Source: Amoebidium appalachense
Taxonomy: Eukaryota; Protista; Ichthyosporea
NCBI GenBank assembly: GCA_963693365.1
Contig: CAVNZM010000011.1
Location: 7,739,937-7,803,936, forward strand
DNA length: 64,000 nt
Direction of reading: 5' to 3'
Part shown: positions 33,830 to 55,261 of the stretch, one piece after another
How positions within the stretch are numbered: the first letter of the stretch is position 1
Layout of the letters: each line of letters opens with the position of its first letter
Made by a program: the position numbers and the translations under genes
Notes under the pieces: model-generated
Databases searched by the model: none
Seen by the model: only the letters and a program-made list of their open reading frames with translations
Told to the model about the DNA's origin: nothing

Positions 33830-34600
33830 AAGCATGCCGGCACGTAGCAATGAAAAGGTGCCTGCGTTGTTGATTGTTTTGTAAGGAAGCCGCCATAGAA
33901 CCAATTTCCGTTCTGTAGTTGTTGTCGTAGCCGTTTTTGGGATTGTATATCATGCTCTCGATGAAGTTTCGCCACTCGAGCGCATTTGTGTGTATGTTCG
34001 CGGCTAGTTTGGGTGGTGTTTTGTCGTTAATATATCTATTCATAATTTCCGTTATTGCCTCCTGAAACTCGGGGTCTTTTATTTCTGCTAGTGTTGTTGG
34101 TGTATAGTCGTCGCCGTGAAAGTCACATTCCGAATGGTCTCCGAAGTAGTGGTTCATGCCTACGCGCATAATTTCTTGGTATTTCTTCACGTCGCCGTTC
34201 GCCTGTAGGAGTGCGATGCGAAATAGCATGACAAACCGGCCCGATAGATGATTGCCATCGATGTTTGCTTGGTTCTCGAACGGCGTCTTTTTGTACACGC
34301 GCTTGAACTCCTGCCCAAGTTCGTGTAGCTCCTTCCGAACTTCTGAATGTGTTTAGCCCCGTGTTGTTTGCACAACCTTTCCGTGACTGACGCGTCAAAC
34401 GGTGGGGGGATGCCCGGGTGTTTAAGATTCCATCGTGCGATGCACTCGTCGATCTCAACCTTGTGGTGTCAGGTTGTTTTCTCACCTTTCACCATTTTTT
34501 TCTCCGTAGGGGTATCTATCTCATCAAGCACTGCCAGGCCATAGCCAAGGACAGCCTGGGATGGGACAGGCAGCTGCCAGTGGCACTGAAAACATTCATG
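33830..34600 (-). pseudogene. Mutator-like transposase remnant (stop codon and frameshift)
   Basis: Segments LCKQHGAKHIQK, NHYFGDHSECDFH, HTNALE and NPKNGY..NY....MAASLQNN resemble the Mutator-like C..H..K, H..C and TN..ES...PK..Y motifs. In-frame stop at ~34469 and a frame change near 34300. Confidence 0.65.
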
Positions 34601-34609
34601 CTGCATAAG

Positions 34610-34646
34610 CAGCGCAGCAGTGGCACAACTTGAAGCACACAGGCAG

Positions 34647-34693
<47 letters not shown>

Positions 34694-34850
34694 CGCGAGC
34701 GCAGCAGTGGCACAAGCACACAGGCAGAGCACACACACACACACGCACACCGAGCGCGAGCGCAGCAGTGGCACAAGCACACAGGCAGAGCACACACACA
34801 CGCGCGCGCATACCGAGCGCGAGCGCAGCAGTGGCACAAGAACACAGCAA
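34610..34850. repeat. Four copies of a GCGCAGCAGTGGCACAAG-CACACAGGCAGAGC unit with variable (AC)n
   Basis: GCGCAGCAGTGGCACAA occurs at ~34612, ~34699, ~34760 and ~34823. Confidence 0.85.
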
Positions 34851-34917
34851 GCGCGCTTACAGGTAGACTCGCAGACGGGGTACGCTCACAATCACACACA
34901 AAATACACACAAACAAC

Positions 34918-35400
34918 ATGGCTGCTACCGACGAACAGTTTCTGGTGCTCATCAATGACGCGTTCCAGAGCAGCATACAAGCCAACCCACCAACATTCAT
35001 ATTCTCGGAACATGCCGATCCTACAATCATTTTCACGGGTTAAGGGCTACTCACACGACAGGGTCTTAATCGTTATCAAAGAAAGAAGACGGCACCAATA
35101 TTACACATGGTGAAACCCAACGATTCAGATTATGTTTCGGTCTTCTTGTTTGAACTCAACGACGGACGTCTCCATCACAGGAAGAAATATCGGTCGCAAA
35201 ACCTCGCAAACAACAAGGGTATCAATGCGACTATAGCTTGGATTCTGAAAGGGGGCGGCCCTAAATGGAGAGTTTATGATCTTGGCAGCTATCATGGAAA
35301 CTCGGATGGTTTGGCGGTGATGCTCAGTCGACTTTCCATTTCCCCTGGCAGCGAAGACTTTAAGCAGGCTATGCAGTCTCCGCTTTTTTCGAGGCTTTAA
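34918..35400 (+). pseudogene. Intronless 160-codon frame of unknown function with one in-frame TAA
   Basis: The ATG at 34918 (ACAAACAACATG context) is in frame with ORF 35107-35400; the only interruption is TAA at 35041-35043. Confidence 0.45.
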
Positions 35401-35825
35401 TGAAGTGAATTTAACCGGGGTAATAGTTGGGCATTTATTTTTGTCAATGAGTAATATTTTTTCGACACAAAACACTATATTGTACTGTTTGTGACTTATA
35501 GAATGCCACAGTGTACCGTATAGTACGTATACATTCATTGGTGTACTTATCTGATGTGTATTTATTTCTAGAACATCTAATACTTGAAATAAATCTACGT
35601 GTTTGCCATCAACTTTGAGTTCAACCCCACCACAAGAGAATATAAAATAGCACGTACCACCAACACCGTGACCACCGTGATCGTGACCATGTTAAGTGTG
35701 TCAGAGAAGTGTGTAAGACTATCTATACACACACAACACACACCACTTACTGCTTGCACCACACCCCGTGGCACCGTGCCTAGAAGTGCAGACTATGCAC
35801 ACATTGTCACCACCGTGACACTGGC

Positions 35826-36300
<475 letters not shown>

Positions 36301-37929
36301 CGTGCGCGCGCACACGCACACACTCATGCACACAAACATGGGCCCCGCTTGTGGAAAACGTCACAACACATAACACCCTCTGACTCGCTCATTCACTCAC
36401 TCACACTTAAACACACACACAATGGTTTCAACGTGATGCACACACACACCGTTCGAGTCTTACAGTAGTGTGTATGTCTGAAGGCGGGGGTTAAGTGGCA
36501 TCATGGGAGAAGGGGGGAGGGGGGAGAAGGGGGAGGGGAGGAGGGGGAGGGGGAGGGGGGGGGGGGGGGGGGGGGCACCATGCCTCCAGTCTTGGACCGG
36601 CGCCGGGTGGTTCATCCCTCTTCCCGCCCCGCCCCCCCCCCCCCCCCCCCCCCCTTCCCCTCGCCTCCCCCCGGGCCTTCCCCCCACCCCCTCCCCCTCA
36701 GATACAGTATCATGCCATTGAATGTGCACATCTGGGAGCAAGCCACGCTCCATCTAGTGATGCCACCATCCCATGCGTCCTGATCTTACCATATATGGTG
36801 CAAGTGCGTATTCAGCCAATAGGAGGTCTGGGTGCCAGCCAGAATCATCATGCTTATCTATTTGTCCAATCACAATTCCCTTAACTTTCCCATTCGCAAT
36901 TGTCTGGTCCCACGGCAGAACCTTCATATCTCCTTGTGAGAGGAGCTCGCCTGCATGACACACACCAATAGAGTGCTACCTTTCACGCATCTGTGAGTCT
37001 GCCCAGTACTTACGTTTCACCCTCCCCCCCCCCCCTCCCCTTCCCCCCCCTCTCCGCGCCCCTCTGCGGGGGGGGGGAAACCCACACGCGCTTGGGGGGG
37101 AAGGGGGGAAAAGGGGGGGGTAGGGCCCCCCCCCCCGGGGGGAGGCACCCACCCGAGGCCCGGGGGGGAAGGGGGGGGGGGGGGGGGGGGGGGAGGGGGG
37201 GGAGCACACCGCACACAAATACGCTTTCTCTGGGGGCACCCCCTTCTTCTCTCGAGTCACCCCCCCCCCCCCCCCCTCTCACCACCACCATCACCACCCC
37301 CACCCCCACCCCCCCCCCCCCCCTCCCCCCCCGACCCCGCATCTCCTTTCTCGTTCAAGCCTTATCTCCCCCCTACCCTTCCCCCCTCCAGAATCTGTCT
37401 CTCTGGCGCATTATGTATGCATGCATACCGTCGCAAAGATGGAGCGCAGTTTGATTGGTTACTTCGCTCTGTGTGTTTGTTTGTTGAAGTCGGTTACACC
37501 AATGGTTGCGTGTGAACAAGCTAGGCGTGGTTATGGTATCTGTTTTATTATTGGATGTTTAGCGTGATGGATCTTGAACCTTTATGCCAGCACTGCCTGT
37601 ATAAGTTTCAAATTGATCGAATGTAGCAGTGCATGTGCTCTGACTATGAACAATGGAAACAAGTTGAGTTTGTTACGTATTTAAGATTAGTTTGTGCCTC
37701 TATGTTTTCGCTGTGATCGGAGAAAAGATGTCATACTTTGTTTGGGTATTTGGGTAATTCCCAAAAAAGGAATTTATTGGCTGCCTTATTTTAGGTCTGG
37801 GAGGGCCGGACTGCAGGGAGGGATTACTGCAGCAAGCCAAGAGGCGGGGCCCGGAGGAGGGGGTGGGGGAGGGGGGAGGGGAGGGAGGGAGGGGGAGGGG
37901 GGGGGGGGAGGGGGGGGGGAAGGGAGGGA

Positions 37930-37965
<36 letters not shown>

Positions 37966-38591
37966 GAGGGGGGGGGTCACTGCAGCACTGCATATTTCTG
38001 CAGCGTACGGTTGCAGCCGTGCTGCTTAATTTTATGGGTGTGAGTTTAGAATCTCCCCCGGATAATGAAGCCTATTCAAACGTCATGATGCATATGGCCC
38101 AACCCCAGTAGTACCCATGTTATCATATGTAAACCTCCCCCCCCCCCCCCCCCCCCCCCCCACCCACCCACCCACACACACACACGTATACACACGCCCA
38201 CACACACACAGCTTGCCCGCATGCCAGCGGGTGATCAAGCATCATCTCATGATACTCCATCATCATCGCTAGGAGTCAATTTTTCAATTTTCACATATCT
38301 CACGGGCCAACGCACGACCGTCCCGATGATTTCAACTCTCACGGTAAGGGTAAAAGTAGGGGGAGAGGTGGGGGGAGGGCAGGAGGGGGGGGGGGGGGGG
38401 GGGTTTGAAAAAATTCCCTAAGATCCCGGCAATGCCATAACATCATGATTTGTCCGACGCGGTAACATTGTTCTCTAGCTATGTACGTTTCAAGATGCAA
38501 GTTGGATGGGAGTGCTGTTGGGGGATATTGTCAGTGTGCACATGTATGTGGGTGTGCATGCTCTTGATGTGTGTGCCAGCTTGTGTGTGTA

Positions 38592-38659
<68 letters not shown>

Positions 38660-39048
38660 CTTGAAGAAGTTCCAAACAAACTCCCACACAAGCTCAGCAA
38701 GTAGCGGCTGTGTTGACACAAAAACAACAAGCACAAACCAAAAATCCAAACAGCTCCACAGAAATTTCCAATCATAAAAAACCAACTCAAAAAAAGAACC
38801 AAACTGAAACATTTTTTTCACACTAACAGCCTCGCCTCCCAAAAAAGACATTCGAAGACAAGCATACACTTATGAGTCGATAGTTTGTGGTGCACTACCG
38901 GCCCGATGATTTTGAGATTCTGCATATTACATGCATGCGCATGGCCCTAGACATGCAAGCCAAGTTGGCCGGCCCACACTCTGGCCCATAGGCACCTTAA
39001 GCCGCTGATGATGGTATAGTATGATGTGCACTGACATTGGTGTATTCC

Positions 39049-39098
<50 letters not shown>

Positions 39099-39169
39099 CC
39101 CAGAAAACGGAAGGGAACGGTGGGAGGGGGGGCCCGTGTGTGTGTGTGTGTGTGTGTGGTGGTGGTGGT

Positions 39170-39200
<31 letters not shown>

Positions 39201-39402
39201 TCTCAAGATGTGTGTCCTCATGGTGTGTGTGTTTGTGTGTGTAAGCGCGCGCATGGATAAGTTTGTGTATGTGTGTGTATGTTTGTGTATGCAATGGTGT
39301 GCTTTATTGATTGGTAATAGGCATCAGCGCACCAGCAAAAGTGGGTGGGTGCTACTCCCCACCCCCCCCCACACCCACCCACCCACCCACACACACCCAA
39401 AA

Positions 39403-39436
<34 letters not shown>

Positions 39437-40041
39437 TTCCCTACAGACTCACCCACCACCACCATCACCCCCGGCACCCTTCTCACAATTCCACACCCAA
39501 AACCCTTGCTTAATGTCCCCCTCGAAGCCGGTACACCTCCAGGCCCAACTAGATTCGTCCTCCCCCCTCCGCCCCCCCCCCCCCCCCTCCCCCCCCCTTC
39601 CCCCCCCCCCCCCCCCCCTGCGGCCGGAGTGTGACTGATATCCTTCAAGATTCAGGTTGGGATGGTATCAGGGTGGCACACCACACAGGGAATAGGGGTT
39701 GCAAACTTCTGAACTGAAGGAGGAAGGGGGTGAAAGGATTGGGAGGAAAGGGAAGAAATTTATGAAAGGGGGATGGAATCATCAGATTGAGAGTGCAGAC
39801 GTACCAGAGCACCAGCAGATTGGGAGAGTCTTCCCTCACACACGACACCAAATGCAAGTCACATACCAGGGCCCACAAAGGCCTCTTAATATATTGATTG
39901 ATTGGGTGACTGCCCGCAGTCCCCCTCCACCCCTCTCCACTCTTTCTCCTCTCTCTCCTCACATCTCCATAGTCCACCTATTATAACCAACAATTTATTC
40001 CTCCCCGCAGCACCCCTCTCTAGATGACGTCACCACATGCC

Positions 40042-41720
40042 CTACTGTGCCACCATAATATTCATCAGGCTGAGGCTCAACTTGTCCACCAGCTTTAGGT
40101 CCTGTGCCTCCCCTGTCTTGTACTTGACACACTGCCTCCAACAACAAAAGTTAGCACCACGAAACATATTCCCCCCCCTTCCCCCCCCCCCCCCCCCCCC
40201 CCATCCCCCCCCCCCCCAGGGCTTCATGCACATATGCATTAACATACATCAGGTGTCCCTATCCCTCCCCTCCCTCCCCCCCCCTCCCCCCCCCCCCCTT
40301 TTTTTTTTTTGGCTGTTGTAGCCTTCTGTAATATGCAGCCCCCCCCCCCCCCCCCCCCCCCCCCTCATTCTTCCATTCCACTATATCTCACCCCTTTCAC
40401 ATCCCCCCTCATCCCCAGCCCCACCCTCCTCAATCTCCTCGCCTTGCATCCCTCATCATTCCTTCGACCCCCGCACCCCCTCCCACCCTTTCACCCCCTA
40501 ACCCGGTGTCCGGAAGATCATGCTTAAGTATTCACCAGGCACACACCCACAACTCCTCCCACCTACTTCCTCTCCTACTTTCACCCCCTCCCCCCCCCCC
40601 CCCCCCTCCCCTCCTGTCCGACCCTCCCCCCCCCCCCCCCCCTGCCCCCACGAACTCTGTCAACCCTCATGCCACACGGCCCCCTCAACATCTGTAGTCA
40701 AACTCTTCCCACCCTTAAGAGAAAAGATGTCCCGTTGCACGCTCGCCCCCATTTGTGCCCCCTCCCCTCCCCCCCCCTCCCCTCCCCCTTCCCCCTCCCC
40801 CCCCCCCCCCCCCCCCCCCCCCCATTTGCTGCCGAATCCCCAAGAAGTCACAAGTAGACCCACACAGAACTAAAGAAAAAAGCTCAAGACTGCCTGACGA
40901 ATCAATACAAGAAACAATTACTCACAGTCACACAACACACACAAACACACGGACACACAACACACAGCACAGTAACAGTCACACACACCCACACACCCAC
41001 ACACCACCACACACAACCGCCCCCCCCCCTTTCTCCCCCCCCCCCCCCCCCCCCCCCCCCCCGGGTCTCGCCAGCCAATCTTTTTCACTTTCTCTGGAAA
41101 TCACACAGGCACACAGACCCCCCTCCCCTCCCCCTCCCCCCCCCCCCCCCCCCCCCCCCCCAGTCCCCCTTCCTCCTTCTCCCCCCCCCCCCCCCCCCCC
41201 CCTTCCCCTTCCCTCCCTCCTCCAAGGAAAAAAAAAGAAAACAAAATAAAAAATTCAATGCTTTGAATGTACACACGCGTTTACAGGCAGCTCTCCCACA
41301 AAATCGCATACACCAGACCGAACGTGTACAGACATCAAAAGCACCTACGCCTATATCAAGTATCCCTGCAGGCAGGCACATACACAGGAGCGCACATGCG
41401 TGCACACACGGTTACACACGCACACATACACATACACGTACACACAAGCACACAAACACACGCGCAGGCCTACACGGCCCATACACCACACAAGCACGTA
41501 CGTGTGTGTCGTCGGTGACCTTAACCACCAGCTTGCTGTCTATGTGGCGGTACTTAACTGTCAGCCGCGCCTGCACCCCCCCCGTCAGCTTTACCCCTCT
41601 CCCCTTCCACCCCCACCCACATCCACCCCCCTTGCCCTCTGTACACACCTTAACCGGGTTGTCACGGTATATCTGCTCGGCGCGGGCCGCAAACTCGTCC
41701 CACGCTTCTACGTTAACCAT
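40042..41720 (-). CDS. SRP9: Signal recognition particle 9-kDa subunit, 3 exons, 76 aa
   Basis: Exons 41720-41649, 41570-41502 and 40131-40042: MVNVEAWDEFAARAEQIYRDNPVKARLTVKYRHIDSKLVVKVTDDTHCVKYKTGEAQDLKLVDKLSLSLMNIMVAQ. Confidence 0.95.
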
Positions 41721-42006
41721 GTTGCCACGTGTGGACCCACTGTGGCTAGAGGTGTGCAGGGGTGCGACCTAAAAACTGTTGCGAGGAGAGAAGTGGCCTG
41801 CTCGCTTCAGCAAGAGCGCAGCCCTTGACAGCTAGGGCACGTGTGAGGTGGAATTGGTTATAACAAAATGACAAAGAGGTTGGTAAAGCGCGGTGTTTTG
41901 CTCTCCTTTATGTGAGGTGTCGCCGTGAAGTCAGTGCAAGAAGTGAAAAGGCAAAACAAACGCAGTATTTTGGCGAGGGGCCAAGAAAATGAAAAAAAAA
42001 ATTTGA

Positions 42007-42090
42007 TGCTGAGAGTGGGACTCGAACCCACGAGTACATACGTACATAAGATCTTAAGTCTCACGCCTTAACCAACTCGGCCATCCCAGC
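42007..42090 (-). tRNA. tRNA-Leu(TAA)
   Basis: Full cloverleaf: GCTGGGA/TCTCAGC acceptor stem, TGGCCGAGTTGG D arm, TGAGA-CTTAAGA-TCTTA anticodon arm, long variable arm, GTGGG-TTCGAGT-CCCAC T arm; downstream poly-T Pol III terminator. Confidence 0.95.
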
Positions 42091-42559
42091 GTCGTACAAG
42101 GCGGCATACCTAGACTGGTAATAACGTGTTTTTTCGGCTCGAAGCTAGCCAGCCGGCCGGATCGATATCATGGCACCGGCTTCTAAGAGCCCATGGTCAT
42201 TCAAGTTTTGGAAACCATTATCAATCCATGTTTTTACCCATTTGCACCAGCAGAAAAAATGAAGGTAACGAGAGGGAAACAAAAAGGCATATGTATGTCA
42301 ACAGGCTGTCGTTGGATAATATTTTACTAACTGAGCTCATGATGGAACATATACTTGCTATTATGCATGGCAAATTTCACACACGAAACCGGCCCAAATT
42401 CGGCAAAGGCACTCATGATCAATTACATCAACTTACCACGAACCATAACGTTACACGTTCACATGGCAAAATTACATGAGCTCCTCCTTGGCCCCCCTTT
42501 CATTTCAAGAAGAATATGTAGGTCAGTGGACCCGAGTAAGAACTGCACCTGAGGGACCT

Positions 42560-42592
<33 letters not shown>

Positions 42593-42743
42593 CTGGAGCC
42601 ACCGGCCAGGAGCACCCAGCAGGTTGTTGCCCACCGGCATGCACCGTTCGTTTAAACAGCCCAGCCAAATATTAAAAACCTTGTGGACTTTATTCATACT
42701 TCATTTACCATGTAGTGCCCATCTAAAGCTAAAAAGATAAGAC

Positions 42744-51056
<8,313 letters not shown>

Positions 51057-51586
51057 CTTCGCAAGTTGGAACAAAGGGTGCTCTGTCGTCACAAAGAGAA
51101 AAAAAACTTGTCCTCTTGTCCAGCACCCGTAAATAAAAGTACAAAAGGTAGGGTGACCGTGGCTTGGTCGCAAAGTGATGACGTGGCAAAGCGTCAGCTA
51201 GATGCGCACGCTTGCGCAAGTTTTGCGCTAAACGTTTTGGCGCGAAATATTTGCCAGCCCGGCCGCAGCCGCGGCAGGCAAGTTGTGTCACTGGGGCGGC
51301 TGTAGGAGGCCAGAGTGGCTGTGTCGTGCAGAGTTGCGCAGAAACATGTGCTCGGGAGGAAGATGCATAGGCATATTTATCTCGACACAAGGCTGAAGCT
51401 ACAATAGTACTATAAGGAGGTTACAAACGGCACACTTAACCTATTTATGCAGTATGTGGCCCTCCCACCTGGGATGGGCCTACAGAGAACCTAGGCTGTT
51501 CCTCTATGCACAAGGGATAGTGTCACCTGAGACTTATTACAATACTTCACCAGCAGACCGTTTCTCTCGTCCAAAGAACACCAAAC
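51057..51586. promoter_or_regulatory. Probable bidirectional promoter (RAD23 / FANCF-like) with a two-sided E2F site
   Basis: Repeat-free, CpG-rich near RAD23; TTTGGCGCGAAA at 51236-51247; TGACGT at 51179; TTGCGCAA at 51212. Confidence 0.55.
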
Positions 51587-51718
51587 ATGCATCTTTTCAG
51601 AGCAGCGGCACACAAAACCAACGAGCCTGCACGTAGCCTGCCCACACACACAGACAGCGACTTTGTGGTTGCCACGCCCTCCACCCTCTCCTTCTCCTCG
51701 CACCCCCCACGTGCACAG

Positions 51719-54510
51719 GTGCCAGATGGGGCCAAAACCAACGGCCTGGCGCCAACACAGGCAGGGCAGGCACAGGGGGGTGGGCAGGCAGGCAAGGTGC
51801 AGCAGCTGAGGGTGCGGCTTGAGGGGTTCCTTTCTGTGCTTGTCAGTGCCCGGTGCAGCGAGTACCTGACTGAGAGTGACGTGGCAACCGCACTCTCCTG
51901 GGCCGTCGGCGTTGAGTCTGTATGTTCTGAGCAGCCCCTGCCCCCCCGCCCCGCCCTCCTTCTGCCAATCTATTTTCAACCGCCAACATCACCTCCGTCC
52001 GTTGTCCTCCCCACCACCGCCGTCACAATTCCTTATCGATGTGCTGCCTAGTCATTGCCAACTTCTTTCACAGATGGGAAGATAAGCGTTTCAGGCAGGA
52101 CGTTGACCAACCCTCAGTGGTAGTGCTGCATATTTTTCTCTTGCTGTTTAGATCTGCGGGCCTGAATGTATGTGTAGGGGTCCGGTGGTGTTCGTGTATG
52201 TTCTGTCACTGGTGGTAGGTGGGTGGGTGTGTTTCGGGGAGGGGCATGGAGGGAAGGAGAAGGGGGGCGTGGGGGGGAAGAACCAGCCGTGTGTGCGGTT
52301 GTTTTTTTTTATGAAGTGTTTGGCTGGATGTATCCCTGTCTGCACACTGGGATTCAGGCTATAGAGTACCCCCTACCCACAACTCCCAAACTTCCTCAAA
52401 CCCAAACTCCAACCCCTTTAAACACACGCACATCCTACCCAACCTTCCCCTCCTCCCCCCCCCCCCTTCCCCTTCTCCCCCCCCCCCCCCCCCCTTTCCC
52501 CCCTTTTCCCCGCCCCCTTCTTCCCCCTCCCCCCTCCCCTGCCCCCTTCACCCCTCACTCCCTTTTGTTTCACTACCCCTTCCAACACCCCCACAATTCC
52601 TGACACAACCGCCACTTTGCCTGACCAACACCCCTTCCAGCTGTACAACAAAGCCAAGGACAGCACGCAGGGACTAGCTCTACTCAACCGCATACTTGAG
52701 GGGCTGCAACAGGGGAAAGGGCGTTGTGCCGTGACAGGGCACATGCTTGGGCAGGCAAGGTGGCTGGTACTTGAGGCACTGCTTTGCAACCACTATCTGG
52801 CCAGGCCACTGCACTCCTTGGTGTGTGCGAAGTATGAAGAGTTGGGGGGGGGAGGAGGGGGCACAGCGCCTGGTGCAGGTGAGGATGAGGGGGTGGGGCA
52901 AGGTATAGGGTTGGAGATGTGGGAAGTCGGGAGGGGAGGGGGTGGTGGTGGGGGGGGGGGGGGGGGGGGGGGGGAGGGGGGGGGGGGGGGTCTGAAGTTA
53001 GTATGTACGGTGGGGTTTTTTTTGTTTTTATTTTGTTTTTCTTTCTTTTTCTTTTTTTTTTTCCTTTTTTTTATTTTCCTTTTCTCTTTTTTTTTGCTTT
53101 TTCGGTGGGGTGTGGGGAGGGAAGCGTGTAGCAGGTGGAAAGGCTCTATGTTACTACCTTACAGCACAGGTCCAATCGTCTTCCCGCTCTATACCCATGC
53201 CAGCCGATACCACTCATTGACTATGCCTAGACTTGGCAACCATGCACTGGCATGCAGTGCACCGACACTAAATGAATCATGATAATAATAATAGTAACAA
53301 CCAAACACATGCAGTGCACCGACACTAAATGAATAATGATAATAATACTAACCAAACACATGCAGTGCACCGACACTAAATGAATAATGATAATAATACT
53401 AACAACCAAACACATGCAGTGCACCGACACTAAATGAATAATGATAATAATGGTAACAACTAAACACATGCAGTGCACCGACACTAAATGAATAATGATA
53501 ATAATAGTAACAACCAAACACATGCAGTGCACCGAAACTAAATGAATAATATAATAATAATAGTGATAACTAAACACATGCAGTGCACCGACACTAAATG
53601 AATAATGATACTAATAGTAACAACCAAGCACATGCGGTGCACCGACACTAAATGAATAATGATAATAATAGTAACAACTAAACACATGCAGTGCACCGAC
53701 ACTAAATGAATAATGGTAATAATAGTAACAACCAAACACATGCAGTGCACCGACACTAAATGAATAATAATAATAATAATAGTGATAACTAAACACATGC
53801 AGTGCACAGACACTATATTATTAATAATAATAGCAGTAATCACTCAACACAGTGCACAAACACCAAATTCTAATGATAAATAAACAAATGCAGTGCACAG
53901 ACACTAAATTATATTAACAACTAAACACATGCACACCCAGACCCTCTCAACCAGCATCAGGCAAGTGGCGCTATGCAACCAGCTAGAGTCCATCAGCAGG
54001 GTGCTTGCTGCAGCCATCCAGCATACAGCAACACAAACAGTCTACCCCCAGGCAGTAGGCATGGGCCTAAGGCAGCTGCTGCAGGCCCAGGTGGGTTGCT
54101 ATTAAAAGCATGGGTGTGTGTGTGCAAGCAGAGTGGTCTGGACATGTATACACAGCATTATGGTTGTACCGGGTGTGTGTGTGTGTGTTGGGGGGAGGGG
54201 AGGGGGGGGATGACGCCTTTGTGTGTGCTGCCCGCCTCTTGCTGGCTCATTTCTGCATAATTTCCCTACATCTACCAACCTACCCCCTCTTCCACACCCA
54301 CCCACCCACCCACCCACCCAGTGAAGGAGTTGTGTTGGGTTTCGTGGACGAGGTGAATGGGTCAAAATTCTGTACTGTGGATAACTTGGGCCGCTCCTGA
54401 GGGTGGGTCTGCTTATGATTCATGCCCTGTGTGTGTGCTTTGCATATTACGCATTGTTATGTCCGTCGTGAATGCATAGTTCGTACTCTGTAATACATGC
54501 TGAACCTCCC

Positions 54511-54541
<31 letters not shown>

Positions 54542-54644
54542 ACACCCATCCCCCCCCCCCCCCAACCTAACCCAACCACCCACCCACTCGCCTACCCACC
54601 CACACCATCCCCCCCTTGTGTACTTCGTACTTTTTGACGCATTC

Positions 54645-54695
<51 letters not shown>

Positions 54696-55261
54696 ACACA
54701 CACCCTCCTGCCCCACAGGTAAAATCTACTGGTCGCATGGACCCCCACCTCCTCAGCCAATTGGAAAGTCTGCTGCAGGCCAGCCCAGAGGCACTCCCGG
54801 CAGTAACGGCTGCAACCCTGCCCCCACAGTCTGGCATGAGCGAAAATGCAGATGGGGTGGGGGGGCTTTTGGCACAGTGGTTGGTGGGGTTTCTTGAGTG
54901 CAACCCACATGTGGCCAGGGTGGGGTATGGGTGCATGGGTGGGGATGAGCTGATGGTCAGGGCATGTGACGTGCACTTTGCCCTGTGCAGGCACTACCTA
55001 AGTTACCTGAGAGATAGGACTATGGATTGGGTAGGAACAAACAGGTGTGGTGTGGTTGGTAGGGCCCCGGATAAAGGCGCAGATGTAGATGTTCTTGTGG
55101 ATTTTGTGTTTGGTTCGGTGGTTGAGATGGGTGGGGGGACGGAGGAGGAGGAGGGGAAGAGGTTGAGGGGGCAGTGGGTGGTGGCTGCGAAACACTCGGA
55201 GGGGTTGGGCTTGGTGGGTGTGGCCATGCTGATAGGTGTGTGTGATGCCATGGTGGAATAA
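51719..55261 (+). CDS. FANCF: Fanconi anaemia group F-like protein, at least 4 exons; start codon uncertain (possibly 51587)
   Basis: Exons 51719-51919, 52641-~52925 (donor uncertain), 53941-54090 and 54719-55261. Blocks LEGFLSVLVSA..VATALSWA, LGQARWLVLEALLCNHYL, GLLAQWLVG and ELMVRACDVHFALCRHYLSYL parallel, in order, FANCF LDRFSELL..VRRALQWA, LSLRLLEN..L, VLVHWLLG and LL..V..RHPAL...YL..L. Recognised from memory; no search run. Confidence 0.68.
53250..53932. repeat. ~54-bp AT-rich minisatellite, ~12 copies, in a FANCF-like intron
   Basis: CATGC(A/G)GTGCAC..ACACTAAATGAATAAT(AAT)n unit at 53251, 53308, 53359, 53413, 53467, 53521, 53577, 53631, 53685, 53739 and 53796, plus degenerate copies. 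Confidence 0.95.
54615..54646 (+). repeat. Dispersed repeat family X, 32-bp 3'-terminal fragment
   Basis: CTTGTGTACTTCGTACTTTTTGACGCATTCAA is identical to 22352-22383; followed by poly(C). Confidence 0.85.

Noticed and set aside
53250-53932. Repeat with variable inter-unit sequence as CRISPR-like
   Set aside because: The variable parts are only (AAT)n slippage variants, not unique spacers.
54321-54400. Extra exon of the FANCF-like gene
   Set aside because: The flanking exons join in frame without it, and it would begin with TGA in that phase.
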